DNA of 64,000 bases, from positions 1-64,000 of the IMG/VR virus record IMGVR_UViG_3300031873_000004; one strand, written 5' to 3'. The stretch comes from a virus. The position numbers and the translations under genes were made by a program. The notes under the pieces were generated by a model. That model saw nothing but the letters and a program-made list of their open reading frames with translations, did no database searches and was not told the origin of the DNA. Positions 9,136 to 17,483 of this stretch are shown in pieces (within the stretch, counting starts at the first letter, position 1; each line of letters opens with the position of its first letter).

Positions 9136-9795
9136 TTAACGACCTAATTGAAATCCGGTTTTATCGTGGTTGATGTGATTGCTGACACGCTTGCATAACG
9201 CGTCGTAGTACGTCTTGTCTATCTCGTATCCGGTGAGTTCAAATCCAAGATTGTAACACGCGATGGCCACGCTGCCGCTTCCGAGGTGAGTATCCAAAAT
9301 TCTGTCACCCTTCTCGGCATAGTTCTTGAGCAGCCACTCATATAGCTTCACGGGTTTCTGGGTAACGTGAATCTTGTCCTTTGGATCATCCGCACCCCGT
9401 GCCCGCTGAAATGACTTGGCGTTTCTGTCAAAAGACGTCCATGCCATTTCAAACGCTGCGAAGTCGTTGTTCGGGGAGAGCTTATCCCATATCAGGACGC
9501 AGCGGGTGTTGTGGAGGTGGTCAATGAAGTAATTACCACCCCAAATAATCTGATTGACGGAGACGCGCATGAGCTGCTCGAAATACTCGGATGACGGAAT
9601 CAATGAGTCCCAGTCGGTATCTCCGCGCACTATCGGAATAGACTTACGTTCACGGGCTCCTTTTCCAAGTGGCTGAGTTGTTATATCCACCCCATAAGGA
9701 GGGTCTGTTATTGCCAATTCGTAGCACTTGTCCGGCATCTTGCGCATGGCCTCGATGCAATCCCCGTGAAACAGTCTCAATCCATCCTGGTTCAC
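9136..9795 (-). CDS. DNA N6-adenine/N4-cytosine methyltransferase, beta class
   Basis: DPPY, H.TQKP, ILDTHLGSGS. Confidence 0.92.
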   Translation of the reverse strand: MNQDGLRLFHGDCIEAMRKMPDKCYELAITDPPYGVDITTQPLGKGARERKSIPIVRGDTDWDSLIPSSEYFEQLMRVSVNQIIWGGNYFIDHLHNTRCVLIWDKLSPNNDFAAFEMAWTSFDRNAKSFQRARGADDPKDKIHVTQKPVKLYEWLLKNYAEKGDRILDTHLGSGSVAIACYNLGFELTGYEIDKTYYDALCKRVSNHINHDKTGFQLGR

Positions 9796-10814
9796 TTTTT
9801 CTTATCCTCCACCGCGACGATAGTTGCCACGTGAACGAAGCCTTCTCCGCTGAACACCAGCCGACCATCGCACACAGCGACCGAGGTAAGTATTGGGAGC
9901 ATGTCCAGCAGGAACTGCGGCACGATAGAGAATGTAACAGGATCACCAGCATACGCAATCCGACTCTTCTCCTTGAACCATCCCACCGCACCCCGTGCCG
10001 ACACCTCCAGCGCCTTCGCAGTCAGCGTCACGGTAACGTACGGATGCCCCTGCGAGTTATCCATGAACACCGCAGCCCTGTCGATAACGGCTCCCAACCC
10101 GTCCGGCAACTCGACCGACGTCCCGCCCTCCACAATCAGCTTAGACAGGTCTGGGTATGTGGCGTCGACCGTCCGGCAAGAGAATCGAGTGCCGACCGCG
10201 TTCATGAAGTGTAACCATCCATCTGTCTCAGCCCACTTCGTCGGAGCGTACTTGATGAGTACTGCACCGATCTTCGCCAACAAAAGGACGTCCCCGTTGA
10301 ACTTGAAGTCCCTGCGCGTCAGCCGGAAGTTGTCGCAGCTCTCAGCGAACGCCTTAGTTAAATGGACGCAGGCCAGCGCAGGCTTATTCATATCGCTCCC
10401 CGCGCTGAACAGGCAGAACTTGACGGCTTCGCAAAAGTCAGCCGGGAGCTTCTTCCATTCAGGCTGCTCGGATACCTGGGCAATCGCGACATCCGTGGCT
10501 GCGCTAATCTCTGCTTGAAACGCAATCCCTGCCGTCGCCCGTCGCCCGGTCACTGTCAATTCATTCTCGGTGGCTGCCAGCTCCACGGTTTCATCGGTCA
10601 GCTTGGCGAGCAGGTTGCGGAATTCATTACCTCGCACCGCACCCTGAATGCCAAGCTTAACCGGGTGGGCTATCACCACCTCATCGTTGAATGTTGCGAT
10701 CATGTCCGGCAGCAGCAGGAAGGATGTCGATTGCTCGGCTACCTCCCGTGCTGCAAGGCCGGGGCGCACCATATCCAACACGGCCAGCAGCTCAACTCTG
10801 TTTATTCCCATCAC
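9792..10814 (-). CDS. Beta sliding clamp-like protein
   Basis: 340 aa; KPALACVH, CDNFRL, YPD, FLLDML match the DnaN pattern; clamp loader nearby. Confidence 0.75.
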   Translation of the reverse strand: MMGINRVELLAVLDMVRPGLAAREVAEQSTSFLLLPDMIATFNDEVVIAHPVKLGIQGAVRGNEFRNLLAKLTDETVELAATENELTVTGRRATAGIAFQAEISAATDVAIAQVSEQPEWKKLPADFCEAVKFCLFSAGSDMNKPALACVHLTKAFAESCDNFRLTRRDFKFNGDVLLLAKIGAVLIKYAPTKWAETDGWLHFMNAVGTRFSCRTVDATYPDLSKLIVEGGTSVELPDGLGAVIDRAAVFMDNSQGHPYVTVTLTAKALEVSARGAVGWFKEKSRIAYAGDPVTFSIVPQFLLDMLPILTSVAVCDGRLVFSGEGFVHVATIVAVEDKKK

Positions 10815-10823
10815 GACCTCCGG

Positions 10824-11519
10824 TTACTTTACGGTGATTTTCTTTTCTGCATCCGTCTTGACCTTGTGGCCAGCCGCTTCGACCTTCTTGAGCAGGTCAT
10901 AGAACGTCCGGCCCAGCTTCTTGGTGACCTCGGCCATCGTGTGCTTGCCGGTGGCGAACATTTCCATCGCCTTCGCATTGTTGGTTCCGGGGCGGCATCC
11001 GAACTTGTCGAGCTCAACCTTTGCCTTGGCAGCTTTCTTGGCTTTGGGCTCCTTCACCGGCTTCGGTGCCTTGACGGGTTTCTCGGCCTTCGGTACCTTT
11101 GCGGGTTTGGCAGGCTTCTCGGCCTTCGGTGCCTTGACGGGTTTCTCGGCCTTCACCGGCTTCGGTGCTTTCTCTGCCTTCGGCGCAGGCTCGTCACTCT
11201 CACCAGCCTCCATCTCGTCGTGTGCGGCTTCTTCCTCGGTGGGCTCAACCACCACAGCCTTCGTCTTCTTCGGCATGATCGCCGCCTTCTTCTCCGCATC
11301 CCACACACCGACATTCACAAAGAACGCCCACACGTCCGCGCTGAACGTATCCTTCGCCAGGATTGCGTCCTTCGGTTGCCCGTCCCCGGTCGCGTTACGC
11401 TTGATCTCGTCCAGCATCGAATCGTCATCCATCATCTCGTGGTCGATGGGCGGGGTAAGCGCCATCACCGTGTTCATTTCCGTTGCTACCTTCTGCAAGA
11501 GTTCCCGTTTATGTGCCAT
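10824..11519 (-). CDS. Histone H1-like Lys/Ala/Pro-repeat DNA-binding protein
   Basis: KAEKPVKAPK repeats, C-terminal winged-helix-like segment, own promoter and RBS. Confidence 0.7.
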   Translation of the reverse strand: MAHKRELLQKVATEMNTVMALTPPIDHEMMDDDSMLDEIKRNATGDGQPKDAILAKDTFSADVWAFFVNVGVWDAEKKAAIMPKKTKAVVVEPTEEEAAHDEMEAGESDEPAPKAEKAPKPVKAEKPVKAPKAEKPAKPAKVPKAEKPVKAPKPVKEPKAKKAAKAKVELDKFGCRPGTNNAKAMEMFATGKHTMAEVTKKLGRTFYDLLKKVEAAGHKVKTDAEKKITVK

Positions 11520-11540
11520 GATATTTACTACCTCCTTTTG

Positions 11541-12197
11541 CTATATTATACCGACGCGGCTGTCTTTTGTGACGTGTTTTATCCCGAAACCTGTCTCTTC
11601 GTGGGCAATGTGGTGCTGGATGCGTTTCTGGGCGGCGTCGAAGTAATCCTTGTCTATCTCGTATCCAGTGAAATCGTAGCCGAGGTTGTAGGCTGCGATA
11701 GCCGATGACCCGCTGCCGAGGTGTGTGTCGAGTATCTTGTCGCCGGGCTTGGCGTAGTTCTTGAGCAGCCACTCGTATAGCTTGACAGGTTTCTGTGTGG
11801 GGTGGAATCTATCCTCGTCGACAGAACGGAAACTAAACATTTTAGCAGGGCGGTCGAAGGACGTCCATGCCATTTCCCACTCACTCATTGTAGTTAGTTT
11901 GTTATTCTTATCCCAACATAAAACACATCTTGTAGGAGGTAATGGGAAATAATTACCTCCCCATATAATCTGATTGACGGAGACGCGACGAAGTTCTTCA
12001 AAATATAAATTGTCAGGAGCTACATCCCATCTTTTTTGCTCATAACTCGTTTTGTATTTGAGCATCAGATTCTTACGTTGACCACCATCAGTTAGTCTAT
12101 CGCCGAGTCCATACGGCGGATCTACAATAGCCAGCTCGTAGCATTTGTCCGGCATCTCCTTCATCGCAGCGAGGCAATCACTATTAAATAATTTCAT
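11541..12197 (-). CDS. DNA N6-adenine/N4-cytosine methyltransferase, paralog of 9136..9795
   Basis: DPPY, HPTQKP, ILDTHLGSGS. Confidence 0.92.
   Translation of the reverse strand: MKLFNSDCLAAMKEMPDKCYELAIVDPPYGLGDRLTDGGQRKNLMLKYKTSYEQKRWDVAPDNLYFEELRRVSVNQIIWGGNYFPLPPTRCVLCWDKNNKLTTMSEWEMAWTSFDRPAKMFSFRSVDEDRFHPTQKPVKLYEWLLKNYAKPGDKILDTHLGSGSSAIAAYNLGYDFTGYEIDKDYFDAAQKRIQHHIAHEETGFGIKHVTKDSRVGII
11545..11570 (-). promoter_or_regulatory. Putative middle promoter embedded in the MTase 3' end
   Basis: GTCACAAAAGACAGCCGCGTCGGTATAATA. Confidence 0.8.
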
Positions 12198-13729
12198 TAG
12201 AAGCTCCCCAAGAACGGCCTACCTATATTGAGATTTTGCAGCACTGTCACCTGCTTATCCGAGAACGCATCGTCCCGCACAAACGCCGTCGATATGCGCA
12301 TCACCCCTTCACGCTTCTCCGCGTCCTGCTGGTGCAAGAACAGGAACTTCGTGCAATGTGAGAACTTGCGCTTGTCCTCGCTAAAGTTTTTAGCATTCAG
12401 GCTCCGCTGCCCATACCCTGCTGAGTTAGCCTGCGTCACGCTCACCACAGCTGCGTGCCTGCGCTGCGCCTGCGCCCGTGCTGCCTTCCATGTATCGTTC
12501 TGCTTGTGCCGCTCTTCCAGCGTCTTTGTATTCTCTGGTGCCATGATGTCAAAGTAGTCATACAGGATTATGTCCGGCACGAATCCATCTTCCTGTTCCC
12601 ATCGGTCAAGGATTGCATCGGCCTCGCGTATCGTAAGTGTGCCGGTTGGGTGACAGGACATTTTTAGACGCTTGCGACTACGCTCAGCAGTCTTGACTCC
12701 GGTAGCAATCGCGTGGTCAGCGGTAAGCTCCTCAACCACAATACGCTCAGCCCACACACCTCCAAAGAAGTCCGTAGGCGCTTCCTTCATACAATAAGTA
12801 CATACTCGATGATCAAATGCGTCGTTGAACTGCCTCTTCCTTTGTTCGGGAGGCTTGCCTTGAACCAGCACAGTTTCAAGTATCGACCCCTCGCCGGTGC
12901 GCTCGCGCTTGTTGCAGGTGTCATCCTGATTGCGCAGACAGTCTATGATTGGTGACAACATAGCTCCGTGGTGCTTGTGGCTGCGCTTGCTATTGTAAGT
13001 GTGGATGCGTCGGACATATTGCTCTTCCATCATATCACCTGCGCCGAACAGTGCCACGTTGCATTTCGCATTCACGGCTCGCATAACGAATTCGAGAAGT
13101 ATCCAGGTCTTTCCTATTTTCTCAATTCCAAGTATCCCGATTAAGTCTTCCCTGACGATAGGACCGAGCAACTTGCCCAGCGCTCCGGGGAACTTGAACA
13201 GGATGTCACCCTCGACACTTTCAAACGCTTTCTGAATCAGCGCGGCATCGGTAAGCGGCTCGACACCTGCCGACGTTGGCAGCTCAACCCGCTTATAGTC
13301 GGTGAGCAACGTCTCGGCCTCGGCTGGGTTGCCTTGCGCGAGCACCGCTGATATGTCATCGCTCAGAAGTTGGAGGCTGCGGGACTTGAACCGCTTTTCT
13401 GTCTGGTCTAAAAGATACGCGCTATTAAACTGAGGTGCGTGCTCAAACTCGTCACTGATGTGCGCGAGGAAATCGGAGATCATTTCCGCTTGCGTGGGAT
13501 CGAGACCGTTGCGAGAATGGGACTCGAATACTCCTTGTATGTCTCGGCCAGGTGCCTTGTCGTACTGCTCATGATAGTCGAGGCACCATTGCATCACCGT
13601 TTTAGCGAACGGGATAGCCATGAGGTCGGGCTGATATATCGAACGCACCCCGGCGAGGAATTCGGTGCTGATAATCCCTCCGGTTACTATGCGCTTTTCT
13701 ATGGAGTGATCTACCTGTCGGATACGCAT
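12197..13729 (-). CDS. DnaB/T4 gp41-like replicative helicase
   Basis: GIEKIGKTW, ILYDYFD, SVTQAN, FSEDKRK; CAGGAG RBS before ATG at 13729. Confidence 0.85.
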   Translation of the reverse strand: MRIRQVDHSIEKRIVTGGIISTEFLAGVRSIYQPDLMAIPFAKTVMQWCLDYHEQYDKAPGRDIQGVFESHSRNGLDPTQAEMISDFLAHISDEFEHAPQFNSAYLLDQTEKRFKSRSLQLLSDDISAVLAQGNPAEAETLLTDYKRVELPTSAGVEPLTDAALIQKAFESVEGDILFKFPGALGKLLGPIVREDLIGILGIEKIGKTWILLEFVMRAVNAKCNVALFGAGDMMEEQYVRRIHTYNSKRSHKHHGAMLSPIIDCLRNQDDTCNKRERTGEGSILETVLVQGKPPEQRKRQFNDAFDHRVCTYCMKEAPTDFFGGVWAERIVVEELTADHAIATGVKTAERSRKRLKMSCHPTGTLTIREADAILDRWEQEDGFVPDIILYDYFDIMAPENTKTLEERHKQNDTWKAARAQAQRRHAAVVSVTQANSAGYGQRSLNAKNFSEDKRKFSHCTKFLFLHQQDAEKREGVMRISTAFVRDDAFSDKQVTVLQNLNIGRPFLGSF

Positions 13730-15411
13730 ATAACTCCTGTCAACATTAGCCATGCAGTTGCCATACATAAAGGTACTTGTCCATTGCCGATTGCTTTGAG
13801 TCTGTGTGCTCGGTTCTTTGTGTCGGTAGTTACTCGTGGAATAGGGGGCTCGGCTGACCACACACTTCCTGAACAAGTGTATACAATGAGCCAATCCTTT
13901 TCTTTGTCATCAAGGGATTGCCATATTTCTTGAAGCGAGTTAAGTGTTTTTGACAAAACCCCAAACCTGCTGGAGGCATTCCACAAATTGAGCAGTCCGA
14001 CTGTCTCCTCGGCATAGTTTTCCCATTGCTCCAATGCCATTTCGTATGACAGGAGCCGCACAACGTCATGATATTGTCCTGAACATTGTGCGCAATATCC
14101 CCGTTCAGATGATGAACTTGCAATTTCTTTTGTGTTCCGCACATCTCGCAATTCTTTTTCTTGAATTTGTGAGCTCTTTTTAAGAGTGCTGATTTTTTCG
14201 GCGCATCCTTTATTTGACGCACTGCCATGCATTTCGCGTCGCAAAATTTCCGCCGCTTGAACACAGTTGCATCTTCGAGACGATCGCCATATCTCTTCCG
14301 GTTCATCGTTTTTCCGCACTGAAGACACGCTTTTGGATCTACCTTTATTTGCCGATAAGGTCTGTATTCTTTTCCCATAAGTTTTCATTTCCTCCGAAAT
14401 CAAAGGTTCAGGTGATGACCATCCTCTCCACCACCCCATAAGGTAAAACTCAACCCAGTCCGGATTGAGCTGTCCCGTTGCCACCGTTGCCGCAAGGTGT
14501 CCGTGAGCTTTCATGTTCGCTTGACTCTTTGTACCTATCGGACCACTACCTTTGTGATCGGATTGAGTTGGTGTAGGGAAGACCGGTCTTGCATCTTTAC
14601 CAGACAATTTATAATGTAAACCGAGGATACGAGCTGTCTGACAGCTCGTATCCTCCCAAGTTTCAGATGAACGCAAATAAGATTTGACGTGAGCACCCTC
14701 CATCGCAGACGGTGTTGGCCAATACTTAACTGCATCTTGAAGATAGGTGGCGCGCGGCGCGCCACCGTATTTCTTACGTCGGGCTGCATATTGCTCAGGT
14801 GTACATTCACGAGTCGATACCATCGGAGTAGGCCATATCATAACAGCATCGGACAGTCCGATGCTGTGGCTACCCTTTCCGTCACGTGTCTTTCGTCTTC
14901 CCGTGGATGTCAATTCCATTTCAGGGTGCTCAACTTCCTGTGTGGTCGGAGTAGGCCAGATGACACATCCTAAAACTTGACGTGCTTCATCTTCACTTAT
15001 ATCACCATTTATTACTTTATCACGAACCATCTCACGAGAACCACTACCGCCGAGTAACCCTCGTGTTCTGGGACTTGGCCAAAATCCAGACCCGATCCCT
15101 CCTATGCGGCGCTCCAACATCGGCAGCTGATAGCACACGCCATCGAGCATCATACCCGCCTTCGGCCAGGTCTCGGAGAATGGTTCCGAAATACCGAATA
15201 TCGTCGTTCGGCCCGTCCTCCAAATCCCACTGTCCAGAGTCGCCATTTTCAATGCCGAGGAGTGCAGAGACGTTTTCCAAGAGGCACCATTCGGGTTTGA
15301 CTGCTCGGATGACGTCCATAGTCGCTGGCCACATGTTTCTGGCGTCACCAACTCCTTTTTGTTTGCCTGCCGATGAGAACGGTTGACATGGAAATCCTCC
15401 CGACACGACAT
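13711..15411 (-). CDS. C5 cytosine methyltransferase second polypeptide (WPTP repeats, motifs IX and X)
   Basis: Five [W/F]P[T/S]P repeats, GQLNPDWVE.LMG, RLKAIGNGQVP; start codon uncertain. Confidence 0.7.
   Translation of the reverse strand: MSCREDFHVNRSHRQANKKELVTPETCGQRLWTSSEQSNPNGASWKTSLHSSALKMATLDSGIWRTGRTTIFGISEPFSETWPKAGMMLDGVCYQLPMLERRIGGIGSGFWPSPRTRGLLGGSGSREMVRDKVINGDISEDEARQVLGCVIWPTPTTQEVEHPEMELTSTGRRKTRDGKGSHSIGLSDAVMIWPTPMVSTRECTPEQYAARRKKYGGAPRATYLQDAVKYWPTPSAMEGAHVKSYLRSSETWEDTSCQTARILGLHYKLSGKDARPVFPTPTQSDHKGSGPIGTKSQANMKAHGHLAATVATGQLNPDWVEFYLMGWWRGWSSPEPLISEEMKTYGKRIQTLSANKGRSKSVSSVRKNDEPEEIWRSSRRCNCVQAAEILRREMHGSASNKGCAEKISTLKKSSQIQEKELRDVRNTKEIASSSSERGYCAQCSGQYHDVVRLLSYEMALEQWENYAEETVGLLNLWNASSRFGVLSKTLNSLQEIWQSLDDKEKDWLIVYTCSGSVWSAEPPIPRVTTDTKNRAHRLKAIGNGQVPLCMATAWLMLTGVICVSDR
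13830..14378 (-). CDS. HNH endonuclease with Zn ribbons, nested in an alternative frame
   Basis: CEMCG...QVHHLNG...N...N...LCGSCH..WH; GGAGG RBS. Confidence 0.85.
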   Translation of the reverse strand: MGKEYRPYRQIKVDPKACLQCGKTMNRKRYGDRLEDATVFKRRKFCDAKCMAVRQIKDAPKKSALLKRAHKFKKKNCEMCGTQKKLQVHHLNGDIAHNVQDNIMTLCGSCHTKWHWSNGKTMPRRQSDCSICGMPPAGLGFCQKHLTRFKKYGNPLMTKKRIGSLYTLVQEVCGQPSPLFHE

Positions 15412-15634
15412 CAACCATGCCTTGATATGCTTCGGCGTAACCTTCACTGACAAAGGTTCGGATGTCTCCGAAGATTGGCGCGGCATCCAGAATACCGTCG
15501 ACGATTCTTTGCTTGATAATTTCTTGACAGAACGGTTCGTATTCGACATAGCCTACAGTCTCCCATCCGAGTGATTTACCGCCGAGAACACCACCTCCGG
15601 CTCCGGTGAATAATGACAGCTCTTTCAATCCCAT
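15044..15634 (-). CDS. C5 cytosine methyltransferase catalytic polypeptide (motifs I-VIII only)
   Basis: LFTGAGG, GFPCQ, ENV, PHRRDRVW; stops before motifs IX and X. Confidence 0.9.
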   Translation of the reverse strand: MGLKELSLFTGAGGGVLGGKSLGWETVGYVEYEPFCQEIIKQRIVDGILDAAPIFGDIRTFVSEGYAEAYQGMVDVVSGGFPCQPFSSAGKQKGVGDARNMWPATMDVIRAVKPEWCLLENVSALLGIENGDSGQWDLEDGPNDDIRYFGTILRDLAEGGYDARWRVLSAADVGAPHRRDRVWILAKSQNTRVTRR

Positions 15635-15650
15635 TCAAAACTCCTATTTC

Positions 15651-15721
15651 CGCGATTTAAGCCCTTTAAATTAGCCAAGCTATACCAAGGGTAGGGTTTG
15701 GCTTTAAATCGCGTTAAAAGC
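15651..15721 (-). repeat. 71-bp dispersed element, copy A
   Basis: Plus strand CGCGATTTAAGC-N17-CTATACCAAGGGTAG-N19-TTAAAAGC. Confidence 0.8.
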
Positions 15722-15743
15722 CGGTTTCCTGCGCGTAGGGTGG

Positions 15744-16394
15744 CTATTTAGGCTGGTCAGTACCCGATATGCGCCTATCCGAACCCGTAATCTTGAAAAT
15801 ATCGCACATTTCGGCGATTCGGGACGGTATTCGATCTCCATATTTCCCGGCCAGTGCGTTGAGTGTCAGGTTGCTCGTGATGATTGTTGGTTGGAGGCGG
15901 GCATTACGGTATCTCCAGTCGATAATGTGGTCGAGGGTTTGCACTGCCCATTCACTCGGTTTGCTTGTGCCGAGATCATCAAGAACAAGAGTGATAGCCC
16001 AGCATAATTGGTTTACGATATCGGCCTCACCAGCAGAACCATTGTTGCTGTATGACGCTCGCAGTGAATATAAAACGTCATCAACTTTTTTGAAAAGGTA
16101 CTTGCTGGTAATTCGATAAATAGCCTCATCCACAGTTTCGTTTTCTTGCAGGTGAGTTATTTTATGCGTCATTCGAGCGTGAATAATCGCAGCGGTCATG
16201 TAACTTTTACCAGTGCCGATGTCGCCGTGCAAATAAATACCACGCCCGGCGTTGAGTGATTTCAAGATGCCTTCCCATAAAATTTGATCAGTGGTTTCTC
16301 CACGAGCATGAGTCATGTTGTCCGGGACACCTATTGCAATGAGCATTTGTTTCGTGTGGTTGGTTACGTATTTCAAAAAGTCATCTTGACTCAT
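15744..16394 (-). CDS. DnaC/IstB-like helicase loader ATPase
   Basis: GDIGTGKS, LVLDDLG, IID.RY, TSN, RI.SRI. Confidence 0.9.
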   Translation of the reverse strand: MSQDDFLKYVTNHTKQMLIAIGVPDNMTHARGETTDQILWEGILKSLNAGRGIYLHGDIGTGKSYMTAAIIHARMTHKITHLQENETVDEAIYRITSKYLFKKVDDVLYSLRASYSNNGSAGEADIVNQLCWAITLVLDDLGTSKPSEWAVQTLDHIIDWRYRNARLQPTIITSNLTLNALAGKYGDRIPSRIAEMCDIFKITGSDRRISGTDQPK

Positions 16395-17232
16395 GGTGAA
16401 ACTCCTTTACGTTGTCATATTTGTTCGGGTTGGTTGATATGCTCGCGTCACCTTTCGCTGATACCTGTTCATACTTTCCAGGGGTAGCAGGTACTCCGTA
16501 AAATTCACCAGCACCTTTTCTTACGCGCGGTTGACGGGTGGGTGCATCTCGTCGCATTTGAGATTCCAGAATGTCAAACTTAATTCTTAACTTTTCAGTT
16601 GATAAAATATTCGAATGCCAGAAGTCGCTTGTTTGACACCAATCAATAACAGCCGCTATGCGATCTCTTGAACGTTTATCTATGCGAAGCATTCGGTCTA
16701 TGACTTTAGCCCATTGCTGAATGTTAGGTAATTTGAAGTCTTGTTTCTGAGCAATGATGCGATTGAGTAATCTTTGAGATAGTTCTATTTCCACACCAGC
16801 CTCAGAAAAGGTTTTGGTTTTCTGAGGAGATGTTTTAGGTTCTTCTTTACTATTATTCTTAGCTATAGTATATGGTAGCTGTTTTCGGCTAGGCAGGGTA
16901 GCTATTTTCAGCGAGTCAGGGTAGCTATTTTCAGCTAGTCTGCCTAGTCGTAGAGATCGCCACCTACCATCGAAATTTACCTGTTGTATAATTTCAGCAG
17001 CTTTCAATTCAGATATCAAATGACTGACTCGTCCCACGCTCAGGCCCATGAACTTTGCAAGATATGCATTGCTGGCATAGCATCCGCGTTCGGGATCTTG
17101 AAGTGATCTTATCTCGGCGGCGAGAACCTTTCCCATAGTTGATAATGTTGGGTGAGTCCATATTTCAATGGGGATAGTTATATGAGTTACTTGGCGTTTT
17201 GGTTGTTCGGGATTTATGTCATTTCTGGGCAT
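16381..17232 (-). CDS. Replication initiator (N-terminal HTH, lambda O-like layout)
   Basis: CYASNAYLA HTH; FWHSNILSTEKLR.KFD.L C-domain; internal iterons; followed by DnaC. Confidence 0.85.
   Translation of the reverse strand: MPRNDINPEQPKRQVTHITIPIEIWTHPTLSTMGKVLAAEIRSLQDPERGCYASNAYLAKFMGLSVGRVSHLISELKAAEIIQQVNFDGRWRSLRLGRLAENSYPDSLKIATLPSRKQLPYTIAKNNSKEEPKTSPQKTKTFSEAGVEIELSQRLLNRIIAQKQDFKLPNIQQWAKVIDRMLRIDKRSRDRIAAVIDWCQTSDFWHSNILSTEKLRIKFDILESQMRRDAPTRQPRVRKGAGEFYGVPATPGKYEQVSAKGDASISTNPNKYDNVKEFHHESR
16874..16938. repeat. Three iterons (GGTAGCTRTTTTCRGC, 23-bp period), probable replication origin
   Basis: Copies start at 16874, 16897 and 16920 inside the initiator gene, next to an AT-rich tract. 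Confidence 0.8.
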
Positions 17233-17253
17233 GTTTAGACTCCTTCAAAAACA

Positions 17254-17342
17254 CAAGGGGCGCATCATGGATGTTCGTGGACGCGGTTTTGGAGCCGCGC
17301 TGCAAACCCTTACGGGAATCGCCATCCGTGATACGCCTCTTG
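17254..17342 (-). ncRNA. Structured 5' leader of the initiator mRNA
   Basis: ~20-bp outer stem with G-U pairs and an inner GUAA tetraloop hairpin; ends just before the RBS. Confidence 0.55.
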
Positions 17343-17394
17343 AATTGTTGAAAGTGAGTTTGTTCATAAGGCCGCGAACCTTAATCTGAAAAGT

Positions 17395-17423
17395 ATATTA
17401 CCATACCACGAAGCATAAATCAA
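17395..17423 (-). promoter_or_regulatory. Sigma70-like promoter TTGATT-N17-TAATAT
   Basis: Canonical spacing, upstream of the initiator leader. Confidence 0.55.
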
Positions 17424-17457
17424 GCCACTTATATTCTTAATACAGGCACATCAATAT

Positions 17458-17483
17458 ATTATACCCGCGCCACGCTATTTTGT
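17458..17483 (-). promoter_or_regulatory. Putative middle promoter
   Basis: ATCACAAAATAGCGTGGCGCGGGTATAATA. Confidence 0.8.

Noticed and set aside
10362-11708. 448-aa and 241-aa plus-strand ORFs
   Set aside because: Antisense shadows of the clamp and H1-like genes; no RBS or motifs
13830-14378. Group I intron or intein around the HNH gene
   Set aside because: No recognisable intron core or intein splice residues; the host frame stays open
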